Shown one piece after another: positions 1-9,334 of a stretch of 64,000 nt of DNA. The notes beneath the pieces were generated by a model. The model was not told the origin of the DNA and searched no databases. It saw only the letters and a program-made list of their open reading frames with translations. The stretch is from Parasphingorhabdus sp. (GTDB taxonomy: Bacteria; Pseudomonadota; Alphaproteobacteria; Sphingomonadales; Sphingomonadaceae): assembly GCA_030373505.1 (NCBI GenBank), contig JAUCYS010000016.1, positions 7,576 through 71,575 on the forward strand, read 5' to 3'. A program made the translations under genes and the position numbers. Positions within the stretch are counted from its first letter, which is position 1; each line of letters begins with the position of its first letter.

Positions 1-294
1 CGGTGTTGACAGAGCAGAAGAGCGAGAAACAATCCGCTCGAATTGCTCATCTTCTGATACTTCGATCTGCAACCAGGCAGGTTCTGCATCGGGTGACACA
101 TATCTTGTCCACAATGTTACGCTCCGCTGTTCCGGATCACCACTGGCGACGGAGTGGGTAAATGCCGGTCGCGGAGCCGCACTTAGCGATCCGGGCATAA
201 ATAGAGTCGGGCTGATCGCCGAAGCCTGTAGGAGCGAGCGCCGCGAAACGGCGGACAATGGCGAGGACGGCCGTGCAAATTTTTTCTTGGTCAT
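1..294 (-). CDS. phoD: Alkaline phosphatase D (PhoD) family, 5' part only; runs off the window edge
   Basis: Manual translation from ATG at 294 is open to position 1: MTKKKFARPSSPLSAVSRRSLLQASA...PAFTHSVASGDPEQRSVTLWTRY. It has a twin-arginine signal (SRRSLL) and the PhoD N-terminal motif FxHxVASGDP...LWTR. Not in the ORF track. Confidence 0.88.
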   Translation of the reverse strand, partial: MTKKKFARPSSPLSAVSRRSLLQASAISPTLFMPGSLSAAPRPAFTHSVASGDPEQRSVTLWTRYVSPDAEPAWLQIEVSEDEQFERIVSRSSALSTP

Positions 295-316
295 GGCCGG
301 CGGCTAACGCGCTGGC

Positions 317-403
317 GTGACACATTAATTAAACGTCCGAACTATTTAAAAACCGACCAATAACTTTCACATTTAATACATTTTGCAGCAATCAAGCCGT
401 CAT
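317..403. promoter_or_regulatory. PHO-box-like repeats in the divergent phoD / TonB receptor promoter
   Basis: Minus strand 334-317 reads GTTTAAT-TAAT-GTGTCAC. Plus-strand heptamers CTTTCAC (364), AATACAT (375), CAGCAAT (386) and CCGTCAT (397) have an exact 11-bp period. They are degenerate relative to CTGTCAT. Confidence 0.5.
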
Positions 404-458
404 CACCGACCGCTAGCGGACGCCCCATAACTGGTTCACTCAAAATTGGGGATATAAA

Positions 459-3248
459 ATGGGTCGCGAAGTTCTTAACCGTAAAGGCCGCCGCACACGC
501 TTGCTCCGTGCAGCAATTCTGGCTTCTGTCGCCTTGCCCGGAACGGCTATTGCCGGCGACGTCGTCGGGACAATAAGCAGTGCATCGCTGGATCGGCCAG
601 CGCGCGGCGTTACAGTAATGATCGAAGAGACGGGTCAGTCGGTCGGTACCGATCAAAACGGACGCTATACGATACTAGGCCTCGATGCGGGCACTTACAC
701 GCTGCTCGTTCTGCAGCCGGGTTATAAAGACCAGAGAATGACGGTGACAGTGCCGCAGCAAGGTTCGGTAACTGCCGATGCCAGTATCGAACTAGAAGGT
801 GACACCACAGACGGTGCCATCGTGGTCACCGGCGCGCGTACGTCGCGCCTGCTGGCGATTGAACGCAAGCGGTCCTTGCCCGTCATCTCGGACATTGTAT
901 CGTCCGATGGTATCGGCAAGCTGCCCGACTATAACACCGCCGAAGCATTGCAGCGGCTACCGGGCATCTCGGTCGAGACTGATCAGGGCGAACCACGCTA
1001 TGTTGTCATTCGCGGCGTTGATCCCAACCTGAATCAGGTGACCATCGACGGTAATATCGTCGGCATCCCTGAGGCAGAAGGACGGCGCGTCGCGCTTGAC
1101 ACTATCCCCTCGGACCTCGTCGCTGCTATCGAGGTCGTTAAAACCGTTACGCCGGATTATGACGCCAATGCCATCGGCGGTTCGATCAATATCGTCACGC
1201 CGACAGCGTTCGATCAAAACAAGCCTTTCACTTATCTTTCCGGCCGCGGCATTTACAATGGAGCGTCTGACAAGTTCGGATTCGCTGCCAGCGCGATGCA
1301 CGGCCAGCTGGTTGGCCCCAACGAGGATTTCGGAATTGTCGCTGGTGTAAGCTATTCAAAACGTTTCATCGACAGCCAACTGGTCGATCCGTTGGGCTGG
1401 ACCGAAGTTTCGGACGGTTTCTTTGCCCCTACCGCTATGCGATATTTTGATTATTCGATCGTCCGGGAACGTATCGGCGCCATCCTGAACCTCGACTGGC
1501 GGCCAAGCGATGCGGTCCATCTTTATGTTCGCAATATCTATAATGAATTTAGCGATGTCGAAGGACGCGACCAGTTCGATTATGACATGGATCGCGGCGA
1601 CATCACATTTCCGGCTCCGAACCAGGTCACTTATTCATCGGGCCGGGCATCCCGTGAATTTCGCCAGAACGAGCAGACGCAAAAGCTGTATAATATCTCG
1701 CCAGGTGCGGAATTCAGCTTCGGCAATGTCGATCTTGCGCTGAACTACACCTATGCCCATGCGCAGGAGCATACCCCGGTGCGTGACGATATCGAATATC
1801 GCTCGGGCAGCGTGGCAGTGTCGACAATCCTGGTCGAAGGGGAACTACCTACGTTCGTTGATATCGATGACCGCCTGTTCGATCCGGCATCATTTCCACT
1901 GCGTCGTATTCGTCTTCGCCGCGAGACAATTGACGAAGATCTTCACGCCATCAAGGCTGACATAAAAGTTAACATTGCGGACGTGAGCGACAGTTTCGTC
2001 AAATTTGGCGTAAAATACACCGACCGGACCAAGGACCGTGACAATTATCAGGAACTTTGGGAACCCGCCGCCGCCGTCACATTTGCCGACACCGGCACGG
2101 TCTTACCGGAAATTGCCAATTTTTATGACGGCGATTACCGATTTGGGCCAGCAATGGACTATGCCGGAACTCTGGACTATTTTTTCCGGCAGAACCCTGG
2201 ATCGCTGGCGCTGGATGAAGAGGCAACTGGCTTCAATGATCGGGCGTCCGATTATCACATCAACGAGAAAATTTATGCAGGCTATTTGATGGCAAGTATG
2301 GAATTGGGCGATCTGACCGCAATTGGCGGGGTGCGGATCGAGCGGACCGAGGGCACCTATGATGCATTTGCTATCCGCGATACCGATGGCAACGGCAAAA
2401 TCACCGTGTCTGACATCACGCCCCTAAGCTTTGATCAGACCTATACCCATGTCTTGCCCAGCTTGGCGCTAAACTATCGCCCGATGCCGAATGTCGCCAT
2501 TCGGGCAGCCTGGACCAATACCATCGGCCGTCCCAATTATAGCGATGTCGTGCCAACATTCGAGGAAGAGGATGGCGAAGGCGAGGCAGGCAATCCCGGG
2601 CTGAAACCTTATACATCAATGGGACTGGATTTTTCGGCCGAATATTATCCCGATGCAGAGAGCATCTTCTCGCTCGCCCTATTCTACAAGAATATCAAGA
2701 ACCCGATTTACACACAGCGTTTGGTAGATACCAGCTTTGCGGGCATTGATCTGCTTGGCCTGTCACAACCACAAAATGCCTCGGATGGAGAATTGTTCGG
2801 GGTCGAAGCCAATGCTGTACGAAGACTGACGTTTCTACCCGCTCCGCTTGACGGGCTCGGGATCTCGGCAAATGTCACCTTTGTCGACAGCAATGTGAAT
2901 GTCCCGGGACGGACAGACGATCTGCCATTCTTCCGCCAGTCCAAATGGATTGCCGGCGGTGCCCTTTTCTATGAAAAAGGACCGATTGAGGCGCGAGTAG
3001 CGCTAAGTTACCGCGATGCCTATCTCACATCTGTCGGCGGAACCAGCGCAAGCGATGGCTATGCAGCTGGGCGAACCGTATTGGATGCACGCCTGTCTTA
3101 CCGTGTAATGAAGGGAGTGGAGTTTTTTGGCTCTGTTTCCAATATCACCGAAGAACCGTCCATCGGCTATCAAGCGGTGCGGAATCAGATAACGGCACGT
3201 GAAGCTTATGGCGTCAATGTCGATTTCGGGTTCAGCGCCAGTTTCTGA
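459..3248 (+). CDS. TonB-dependent receptor with N-terminal carboxypeptidase-regulatory-like domain
   Basis: Signal peptide, GTDQNGRYTILGLDAGTYTL domain, IVVTG TonB box, plug motif AEALQRLPGIS...IRG, C-terminal Phe. Confidence 0.93.
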   Translation: MGREVLNRKGRRTRLLRAAILASVALPGTAIAGDVVGTISSASLDRPARGVTVMIEETGQSVGTDQNGRYTILGLDAGTYTLLVLQPGYKDQRMTVTVPQQGSVTADASIELEGDTTDGAIVVTGARTSRLLAIERKRSLPVISDIVSSDGIGKLPDYNTAEALQRLPGISVETDQGEPRYVVIRGVDPNLNQVTIDGNIVGIPEAEGRRVALDTIPSDLVAAIEVVKTVTPDYDANAIGGSINIVTPTAFDQNKPFTYLSGRGIYNGASDKFGFAASAMHGQLVGPNEDFGIVAGVSYSKRFIDSQLVDPLGWTEVSDGFFAPTAMRYFDYSIVRERIGAILNLDWRPSDAVHLYVRNIYNEFSDVEGRDQFDYDMDRGDITFPAPNQVTYSSGRASREFRQNEQTQKLYNISPGAEFSFGNVDLALNYTYAHAQEHTPVRDDIEYRSGSVAVSTILVEGELPTFVDIDDRLFDPASFPLRRIRLRRETIDEDLHAIKADIKVNIADVSDSFVKFGVKYTDRTKDRDNYQELWEPAAAVTFADTGTVLPEIANFYDGDYRFGPAMDYAGTLDYFFRQNPGSLALDEEATGFNDRASDYHINEKIYAGYLMASMELGDLTAIGGVRIERTEGTYDAFAIRDTDGNGKITVSDITPLSFDQTYTHVLPSLALNYRPMPNVAIRAAWTNTIGRPNYSDVVPTFEEEDGEGEAGNPGLKPYTSMGLDFSAEYYPDAESIFSLALFYKNIKNPIYTQRLVDTSFAGIDLLGLSQPQNASDGELFGVEANAVRRLTFLPAPLDGLGISANVTFVDSNVNVPGRTDDLPFFRQSKWIAGGALFYEKGPIEARVALSYRDAYLTSVGGTSASDGYAAGRTVLDARLSYRVMKGVEFFGSVSNITEEPSIGYQAVRNQITAREAYGVNVDFGFSASF

Positions 3249-3267
3249 CCCAGCAGGATCGCGCATA

Positions 3268-3310
3268 TGGTTTTTGGCGAGCGGTCAATGTGACCGCTCG
3301 CCAAAAACCA
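3268..3310. terminator. Perfect 20-bp stem-loop (terminator or mRNA-stabilising hairpin)
   Basis: TGGTTTTTGGCGAGCGGTCA-ATG-TGACCGCTCGCCAAAAACCA, starting 20 nt after the receptor stop codon. Confidence 0.7.
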
Positions 3311-3345
3311 GCTTTCTGATTTAATTTCTGTAAGCGAAGGATGAT

Positions 3346-4185
3346 ATGATGTTCCAAGCCTCGCGAATATTGATCTTGTTTGCATTTCTGTCCGCGTCTG
3401 CGACCGCGGCTCCCCCGGGTGTGGGCGGACCGGTCCTGCGTCAGCATGAGGGCAAAACCGTTCCCACCCCGGTCATGCTCAAAGCGAAGACACTGACCGT
3501 CTATAATGCCGCTGAAGCCGATCAGGGCGCTGCGGCGGATGAGCGGCATTTCTATGCCATCGACAACAGCACAATCGGCAAATATTCATTGACCGACGGA
3601 TCGGCTGTTGCGCAGTGGAGCGATCTCCCTTCACCCGGCATCGAGCATCTCAACAGCTGCTATGTCGAGACGGCGCTACTCTGGTGTGCCAATTCCAATT
3701 ATCCTGCCGCGCCCATGGGTTCCTCTATCGAAATTTTCGATACGGAAACCATGCAGCACCACGCCACCCACAGTCTGGGCATGATGGAGGAAGGATCGCT
3801 TACCTGGTTCGCGGCCACTCAAGACGGCTTTCTTGCATCCTTTGCCCATTACGACCAACGCGGAGTTCCCTATAAGGACCATCGCTATTCCAGCGTCGTG
3901 ATTTTTGACAAACAGTGGCGGCGCACAGGCGGATGGCTGTTCCCCAAAGTCATAACCGATCTCATGGCTCCTTACGCGGCATCTGGCGGTGCTATCGGTC
4001 CCGATGGTAGACTATATGTGTCGGGCCACGATAGGCCCGAGATTTATGTTCTGGAAGCACCGATCAGCGGGCCAAAATATATCGCGCTGGCGGTGCTCGC
4101 CTGCGTGCCGCTGGTGGACGTCGAGGCTGTACCCTCGTTGACGATGGATTCCGGGGCCGGCTCGATTTTTTCAATATGGGCATAA
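3346..4185 (+). pseudogene. Secreted uncharacterised beta-rich protein, probably C-terminally truncated near 4075
   Basis: Signal peptide and short beta-strand motifs (QGAAAD, HLNSC, SNYP, GSLTW, SGGAIGPDGRLYVSGHD). The last ~36 codons are the antisense of macA. Confidence 0.65.
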
Positions 4186-4946
4186 TGACGGCGCTCCGAT
4201 CCGCTCATCGTGGTGAACCAGACGGTCTGTCCCGGACGGACCTTTTCGATATCGGCTTCCGATATCTCGGCCCGCACAGTCATCACATCAAGCTTGGCCA
4301 GCATCACGATAGTCGGCGCAGACTGGAACGAATTCAGGGTCTGGCCCTGTTTGGTGACCACGGCGACAACCACCCCGTCCATCGGCGCGACAATCCGCGT
4401 GTAGCCAAGATTGGTACGCGCAATATCCGCCTGCGTGCGCGCCTGGACGATTTGCGCGTCGAGTCCTTTCACATCATTGCGGGCGGCATCCAGCGTGGCC
4501 CGCGCCGCTTCATAATCGGCGCGTGCAGTCGCGTCGGCCGCCAGCATCATCTGCTGGCGCTTGAATGCCAGTTCGGCCTGTACCAGGGTTGCTGCCCGTG
4601 CGGACCGCTGTGCCCGAAGCGCATCGACTCCGGCTTGCGCTGCACGAAGTGCCTGCTGCTGGGGTTGGGCGTCGATGTCAGCGATCGGGTCGCCTGCGCG
4701 GACCGATTGACCAAGCGCTACATGAAGCCGTGTGACCTGCCCCGAGACTTGCGCGCCGACATTAACCAGCTCTTTGGGTTTGAGCTTGCCGGTGGCAAGG
4801 ACGGTTTGCTCGATATCGCCGATTTTGACGACACCAGTGGTGAACCCGGTTGCGGGTGAAGACCGGAACACCAATGCATAAAATGCAAGCCCCCCAAGGA
4901 GCAGGATCAGAGGCAGGCCGAACAGGATGAGTTTTCGTTTGCGCAT
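4044..4946 (-). pseudogene. macA: MacA-type efflux periplasmic adaptor, 3'-truncated
   Basis: TM anchor, VNVGAQVSGQV, LGYTRIVAPMDGVVV and GQTLNSFQSAPTI motifs. Similarity ends at 'SAIY'; the C-terminal part and macB are absent. Confidence 0.82.
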
Positions 4947-4981
4947 TTGCTTCCACTAAACTGCTTTGCGCAATCGGTGGT

Positions 4982-5019
4982 GTAAGGTCTTCGTAAGCAG
5001 AGTGAAAAGATTGCGTAAA
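4982..5019. promoter_or_regulatory. Four tandem CpxR/OmpR-type half-sites
   Basis: GTAAG (4982), GTAAG (4993), GAAAA (5004), GTAAA (5015): exact 11-bp spacing between divergent macA and the response regulator. Confidence 0.6.
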
Positions 5020-5081
5020 GATGGGCCTTTGGGTGGCCAGGCCAGTATTGTTGTTGAGGCGGCTGTGGTAACGAGCAGCGG

Positions 5082-5762
5082 ATGACCGAAATACTTCTGA
5101 TCGACGACGACGCAGAGCTGAGCGAGATGCTGGACGAGTTTCTTGCCGGAGAAGGCTTTGCCGTGACATCGGTGATCAACGGGGAAGACGGTGTCGAACT
5201 GGCGCTGTCCGGGCGGTTTTCTGCCGTCATTCTCGACATCATGCTGCCGCGAATCAACGGCATCGAAGTGCTGCGCCGCGTGCGTGCCAATAGCGAGCTG
5301 CCCATAATCATGCTGACCGCGCGGGGTGACGACATCGATCGTGTTGTCGGTCTGGAACTGGGTGCGGACGACTATATCGCAAAACCTTATTATCCACGCG
5401 AGCTGGTCGCGCGGTTGCGCGCGGTGCTGCGGCGAACGGACAGTCCGCAACGGGATCGGCCTGTCTCGCTGGCAAAGCTGAAACTGGACGCGGCCCGCCG
5501 TGAGACGTCGTGGGACGGACGCCCGATCGACCTGACCGTGACCGAGTTTAATCTGCTCGAGGCCCTGATGCGCAGCGGTGATACGGTCGCGACAAAGGAC
5601 GCCCTGTCGCTGACCGCCCTGGGCCGAACGCGCCAGCCTTATGATCGCAGTATCGATGTTCATATCAGCAACCTGCGTTTGAAGCTGCATGCCGCAACCG
5701 CTGCGCGGCTCACGATAGAGACGGTGCGCGGCGTCGGCTATCGCATCCAGGTGGCAGCATGA
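5082..5762 (+). CDS. OmpR-family response regulator (CpxR-like)
   Basis: ILLIDDD, LDIMLP, GLELGADDY, DRSIDVHISNLR, RGVGY motifs. Confidence 0.93.
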   Translation: MTEILLIDDDAELSEMLDEFLAGEGFAVTSVINGEDGVELALSGRFSAVILDIMLPRINGIEVLRRVRANSELPIIMLTARGDDIDRVVGLELGADDYIAKPYYPRELVARLRAVLRRTDSPQRDRPVSLAKLKLDAARRETSWDGRPIDLTVTEFNLLEALMRSGDTVATKDALSLTALGRTRQPYDRSIDVHISNLRLKLHAATAARLTIETVRGVGYRIQVAA

Positions 5763-7051
5763 GATTGCGCCTGTTCTGGAAGATCTGGCTCGGTTTCTGG
5801 GCCACATTTGTGCTGTTGAGCTATGGTCTGTGGCTATACTGGTCGGTTCAGCCAGACCCCACCGCCATCGATTGGGATGCCCCTCGGGCTGCCGGCACTG
5901 TGCTCGTTGCGTCCGCTGCAAATGCGCTCGAAGAGGGCGGCCTGGCAGGTCTGAAGCGGCAGATTGCCGCGTGGCCCCTAATAGAGCAAAAGCGGTTGAG
6001 CCTGCGCTCCGGGCCGGGTGAATGCAGCCCGACCGGCAAAAGGACACTCGCCATTGCGGTGTCGTCGGGGGGGACGGGTTATTGCCTTCGCTATGCGACG
6101 CCCGCTCTGCCCAAAGACGATAGCGAGGCTGTCATGCCGCCCGATTTCCTCATCGCGACCGCGCTTGCCGGTCTTGCATTCAGCGCCGGTCTTGCCTGGT
6201 ATCTGACAAAGCCGATCTATCAGTTGCGCAAAGGTTTCGATCGGCTTGCGGATGGAGACTTTGGCGTGCGTCTGGGACCGGCGATGGGGCGTCGAAGAGA
6301 CGAGATCGCGGACCTCGCTGGTGATTTCGACCGGATGGCCGAAGGTCTGGCCGAGCTGGTCGCGGCGCGCGACCGCTTGTTGCACGACGTCTCCCACGAA
6401 TTGCGATCGCCGCTGGCTCGTATGCGACTGGCGAGCGGTTTGCTGCGCCGGGATCCCGCACGGTTTGAAACCTCGCTCGACCGCATCGATCACGAAGCGG
6501 ACCATCTTGACCAGATTGTCGGGGAGCTGCTGACTCTCGCGCGCTTCGAAAGCGGTGCCGAGCGGAGCGAAGAATATTTCGAAGTGGTGGAAATTCTCAA
6601 CATTGTGCTCGCCGATGTAAAGTTTGAGGCCACCTCTCAAAATGTGCGGATCGAGACCGATTTCAGGATCGAGGGAGGCGAAGATGATTGGCTGGTCGCA
6701 GGAAGCGGCCTGCTGGCGCGCCGCGCGGTCGAAAATGTCCTGCGCAATGCGGTCCGCTTCTCGCCCCGGGGCGAGGCAATCCAGATGCGGCTCACACGAT
6801 CCGGGGGCAATTGCACGATCTTTATCGAGGATGTCGGGCCTGGCATCCGGGCGGCGGAACCAAGAGGGCTGCTCAAGCCCTTTGTGCAGGACCGCTCACC
6901 GGAAAGCGCAGGCTATGGTCTCGGTCTCGCCATCGCCCAGCGAGCGGTTGCGGCTTGTGCAGGCACGCTCGATCTGGCGAACCGGAACCCCACCGGATTA
7001 AGCGTGTCGATTACCTTCCCCCTGGCGCTCGCGCACGGTCGTTCGGTATAA
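5759..7051 (+). CDS. HAMP sensor histidine kinase (CpxA-like)
   Basis: Two TM segments, HAMP (RRDEIADLA), H-box DVSHELRSPL, ENVLRNA, GYGLGLAI. ATGA overlap with the regulator. Confidence 0.93.
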   Translation: MRLRLFWKIWLGFWATFVLLSYGLWLYWSVQPDPTAIDWDAPRAAGTVLVASAANALEEGGLAGLKRQIAAWPLIEQKRLSLRSGPGECSPTGKRTLAIAVSSGGTGYCLRYATPALPKDDSEAVMPPDFLIATALAGLAFSAGLAWYLTKPIYQLRKGFDRLADGDFGVRLGPAMGRRRDEIADLAGDFDRMAEGLAELVAARDRLLHDVSHELRSPLARMRLASGLLRRDPARFETSLDRIDHEADHLDQIVGELLTLARFESGAERSEEYFEVVEILNIVLADVKFEATSQNVRIETDFRIEGGEDDWLVAGSGLLARRAVENVLRNAVRFSPRGEAIQMRLTRSGGNCTIFIEDVGPGIRAAEPRGLLKPFVQDRSPESAGYGLGLAIAQRAVAACAGTLDLANRNPTGLSVSITFPLALAHGRSV

Positions 7052-7055
7052 AGGT

Positions 7056-7892
7056 TCAGCCAGATAAACCCTCCCGCTGCTCCAATATGCGCGTGACCAG
7101 TTCCAGATCGGCGGGCTTGTCGACATCGATCGCTGATTCCGGAAAGGGCAGGACCACCGGCGCGGCTTGCAGCGACAGGCGCTGACCGGCCTTTGCCATG
7201 GCATCCTGGAAACCGATCGTCCGGCTCAGCGCCCGCAGCAGCAGCCAGGGACCGAACTGGGCGAATATCTTCCAGCCCTTCTTGCGGTCCTTTTCGACCG
7301 TCGACCACAGGGCCAGCGCAGGTCTGGCCGCTTCATTGTGCAGGGCAAAGAGATTGGCGCCGCTATAGGCTCCGCCGCGGAATTTCAGCCAGGTCCGGCG
7401 CGCGGCGGGATAGGCGGCCAGCATCGTCCGGCGCTCGACCACGCCGACCGCGACATCCTCGCCGGCATGGGCCTGCAGGAAATAGTCGATCATCTCTCTG
7501 GTCAGCAAGGCATTGTCCGCGGTGGTGACCAGCACCGGCCATGGCGCGATGGCGCTGCCGGCAATCTTGTGGATGCTCGCTGCAAGGCCGTCATTGGATT
7601 GGGCAAAGCCGATCCGTTCATTGTCCGCCAGATCGGCATCCAGACCGGCTTTCAGCGCATCGGGCGCCTGCGCCATGATGATGATTCTGCCGACATGGGC
7701 GGAGGCCAGCAGCGCGCGCGTAACCCGTTCCAGCATCGACCGTCCGGCAATCGGGATCAGTGCCTTGTAGCGGACGTTGCAATAGGCGGCCATCGGGTCC
7801 CCCTCGGGGCGCTGGCCGGCCATGATGACCGCGGTCCAGAGCGGAGATCCGCCAGCCTGGCTATCTGCATCAGTAACAGGGGGTAAGGACAT
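7056..7892 (-). CDS. Nucleotidyltransferase (MobA-like NTP transferase) family protein
   Basis: AVIMAGQR...KALIPIAGRSML, TTADN and IDVDKPADL motifs. Confidence 0.85.
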   Translation of the reverse strand: MSLPPVTDADSQAGGSPLWTAVIMAGQRPEGDPMAAYCNVRYKALIPIAGRSMLERVTRALLASAHVGRIIIMAQAPDALKAGLDADLADNERIGFAQSNDGLAASIHKIAGSAIAPWPVLVTTADNALLTREMIDYFLQAHAGEDVAVGVVERRTMLAAYPAARRTWLKFRGGAYSGANLFALHNEAARPALALWSTVEKDRKKGWKIFAQFGPWLLLRALSRTIGFQDAMAKAGQRLSLQAAPVVLPFPESAIDVDKPADLELVTRILEQREGLSG

Positions 7893-8125
7893 CCATGTTT
7901 TTTCCCATAGCGGCCTTCGAAAGCCGGGTGCGTGGCAAGCGCTTTAACCACCGCTGACGGATTTGCAAAGCGGGTGGCGCAAACATCCGGTCTGGCCGTG
8001 CCGGAAGCCATGCCGGATGCCGACCGCGTAGACTTCCGCAAATAATTTGTCCAAGGACGGCAACAGGCGGATTGGTTCCGCCCGTGACGAAAAGCAGATG
8101 AGGTCGGATCGACGATGGAAGAGAA

Positions 8126-9334
8126 ATGAAACCCGATTCATCCAGCGGCGCTCAGCGCATCGGCTTTCTGTTCAATCATGACGAACTGCATCAGGTCGCC
8201 CATATCGCGCCGATCATTTCCGCGCTGCAGCGGCGCGCGCCCGGAGCCAGTGTCGAAGTCATCACCTCCAGCGAGCGGCAGGCCGATGCGGTGCGCACCT
8301 TTCTCGATCCCGCTTTGCCAAGCCCGGTCTTCCGGTCGATCCGCCCGCATGGCGGTGCCCGGCTGGTTGAAAAAATGCTCGGCAATATCGTGCCGCTCAA
8401 CCGGCTCAGCAGTCTGAAGCGCAACGCAGATCTGTTTCGGCAGTTCGACGCGCTGGTGGTGCCGGAGACCACAACGACTTTCCTCAAGAAAAATGGTCCG
8501 ATGAGCCGGCCAAAGCTGATCTTCTTTCCCCATGGGGCCGGCGACCGGTCGATCGGCTTTTCCCGGGAAATCAGTCTGTTTGACCATGTGCTGCTGCCCG
8601 GCGCGAAAACCCGTGACCGGATGCTCGCGGCCGGCGTGATCCGCCCCGACAATCACCGCATCGTCGGCTATCCCAAGTTCGAGGCCTATGGAGACCGTCC
8701 GCCGGTCCGGCTGTTCGACAATGACCGGCCGACCGTGCTCTACAACCCGCATTTCGATCCCTTGCTGTCGTCCTGGTTCCGCTTTGGCGAGCAGGTTCTC
8801 GACTATTTTGCGAACCAGAACGCCTATAATCTGGTGGTCGCGCCGCATGTCATGCTGTTTCAGCGCAAGCTGCTGGCTTCGGTCGAGCATCGGCTGCTGC
8901 GCTTTCGCCAGCGCATCGACCCGCGCTATGCCAGGTTCGACCATATCCATATCGACACCGGCAGCCCGCGCAGCGTCGACATGACCTATACCAACGCCGC
9001 CGATATCTATCTCGGCGATGTCAGCAGCCAGATTTACGAATTTATCCGGAAGCCCCGCCCGGCGATTTTCCTCAATTCGCATGATGCGCAGTGGCGCGGC
9101 AATCCCAATTACGAGCACTGGACCTTCGGCCCGGTGCTCGACGATCCCGCCGGTCTGGAAGCAGCCTTGGCCGCAGTCCGGCCGCTGCCGGAAGAATATC
9201 GGCAGGCACAGGCTCAGGCCTTTGCCTATTCTTTCGACATGGAAAATCCCGATCCTCCGTCACAGCGTGCGGCGGCGGCGATTGCGGAATTTCTGCGGCT
9301 TCCGCAACAGGACCCGCCGCTTTCTACGGGCTAG
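8126..9334 (+). CDS. GT-B fold protein, CDP-glycerol glycerophosphotransferase-like
   Basis: HGAGDR, VGYPKF, VLYNPHF and ADIYLGDVSSQIYEF motifs resemble TagB/TagF-type proteins. Confidence 0.65.
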   Translation: MKPDSSSGAQRIGFLFNHDELHQVAHIAPIISALQRRAPGASVEVITSSERQADAVRTFLDPALPSPVFRSIRPHGGARLVEKMLGNIVPLNRLSSLKRNADLFRQFDALVVPETTTTFLKKNGPMSRPKLIFFPHGAGDRSIGFSREISLFDHVLLPGAKTRDRMLAAGVIRPDNHRIVGYPKFEAYGDRPPVRLFDNDRPTVLYNPHFDPLLSSWFRFGEQVLDYFANQNAYNLVVAPHVMLFQRKLLASVEHRLLRFRQRIDPRYARFDHIHIDTGSPRSVDMTYTNAADIYLGDVSSQIYEFIRKPRPAIFLNSHDAQWRGNPNYEHWTFGPVLDDPAGLEAALAAVRPLPEEYRQAQAQAFAYSFDMENPDPPSQRAAAAIAEFLRLPQQDPPLSTG

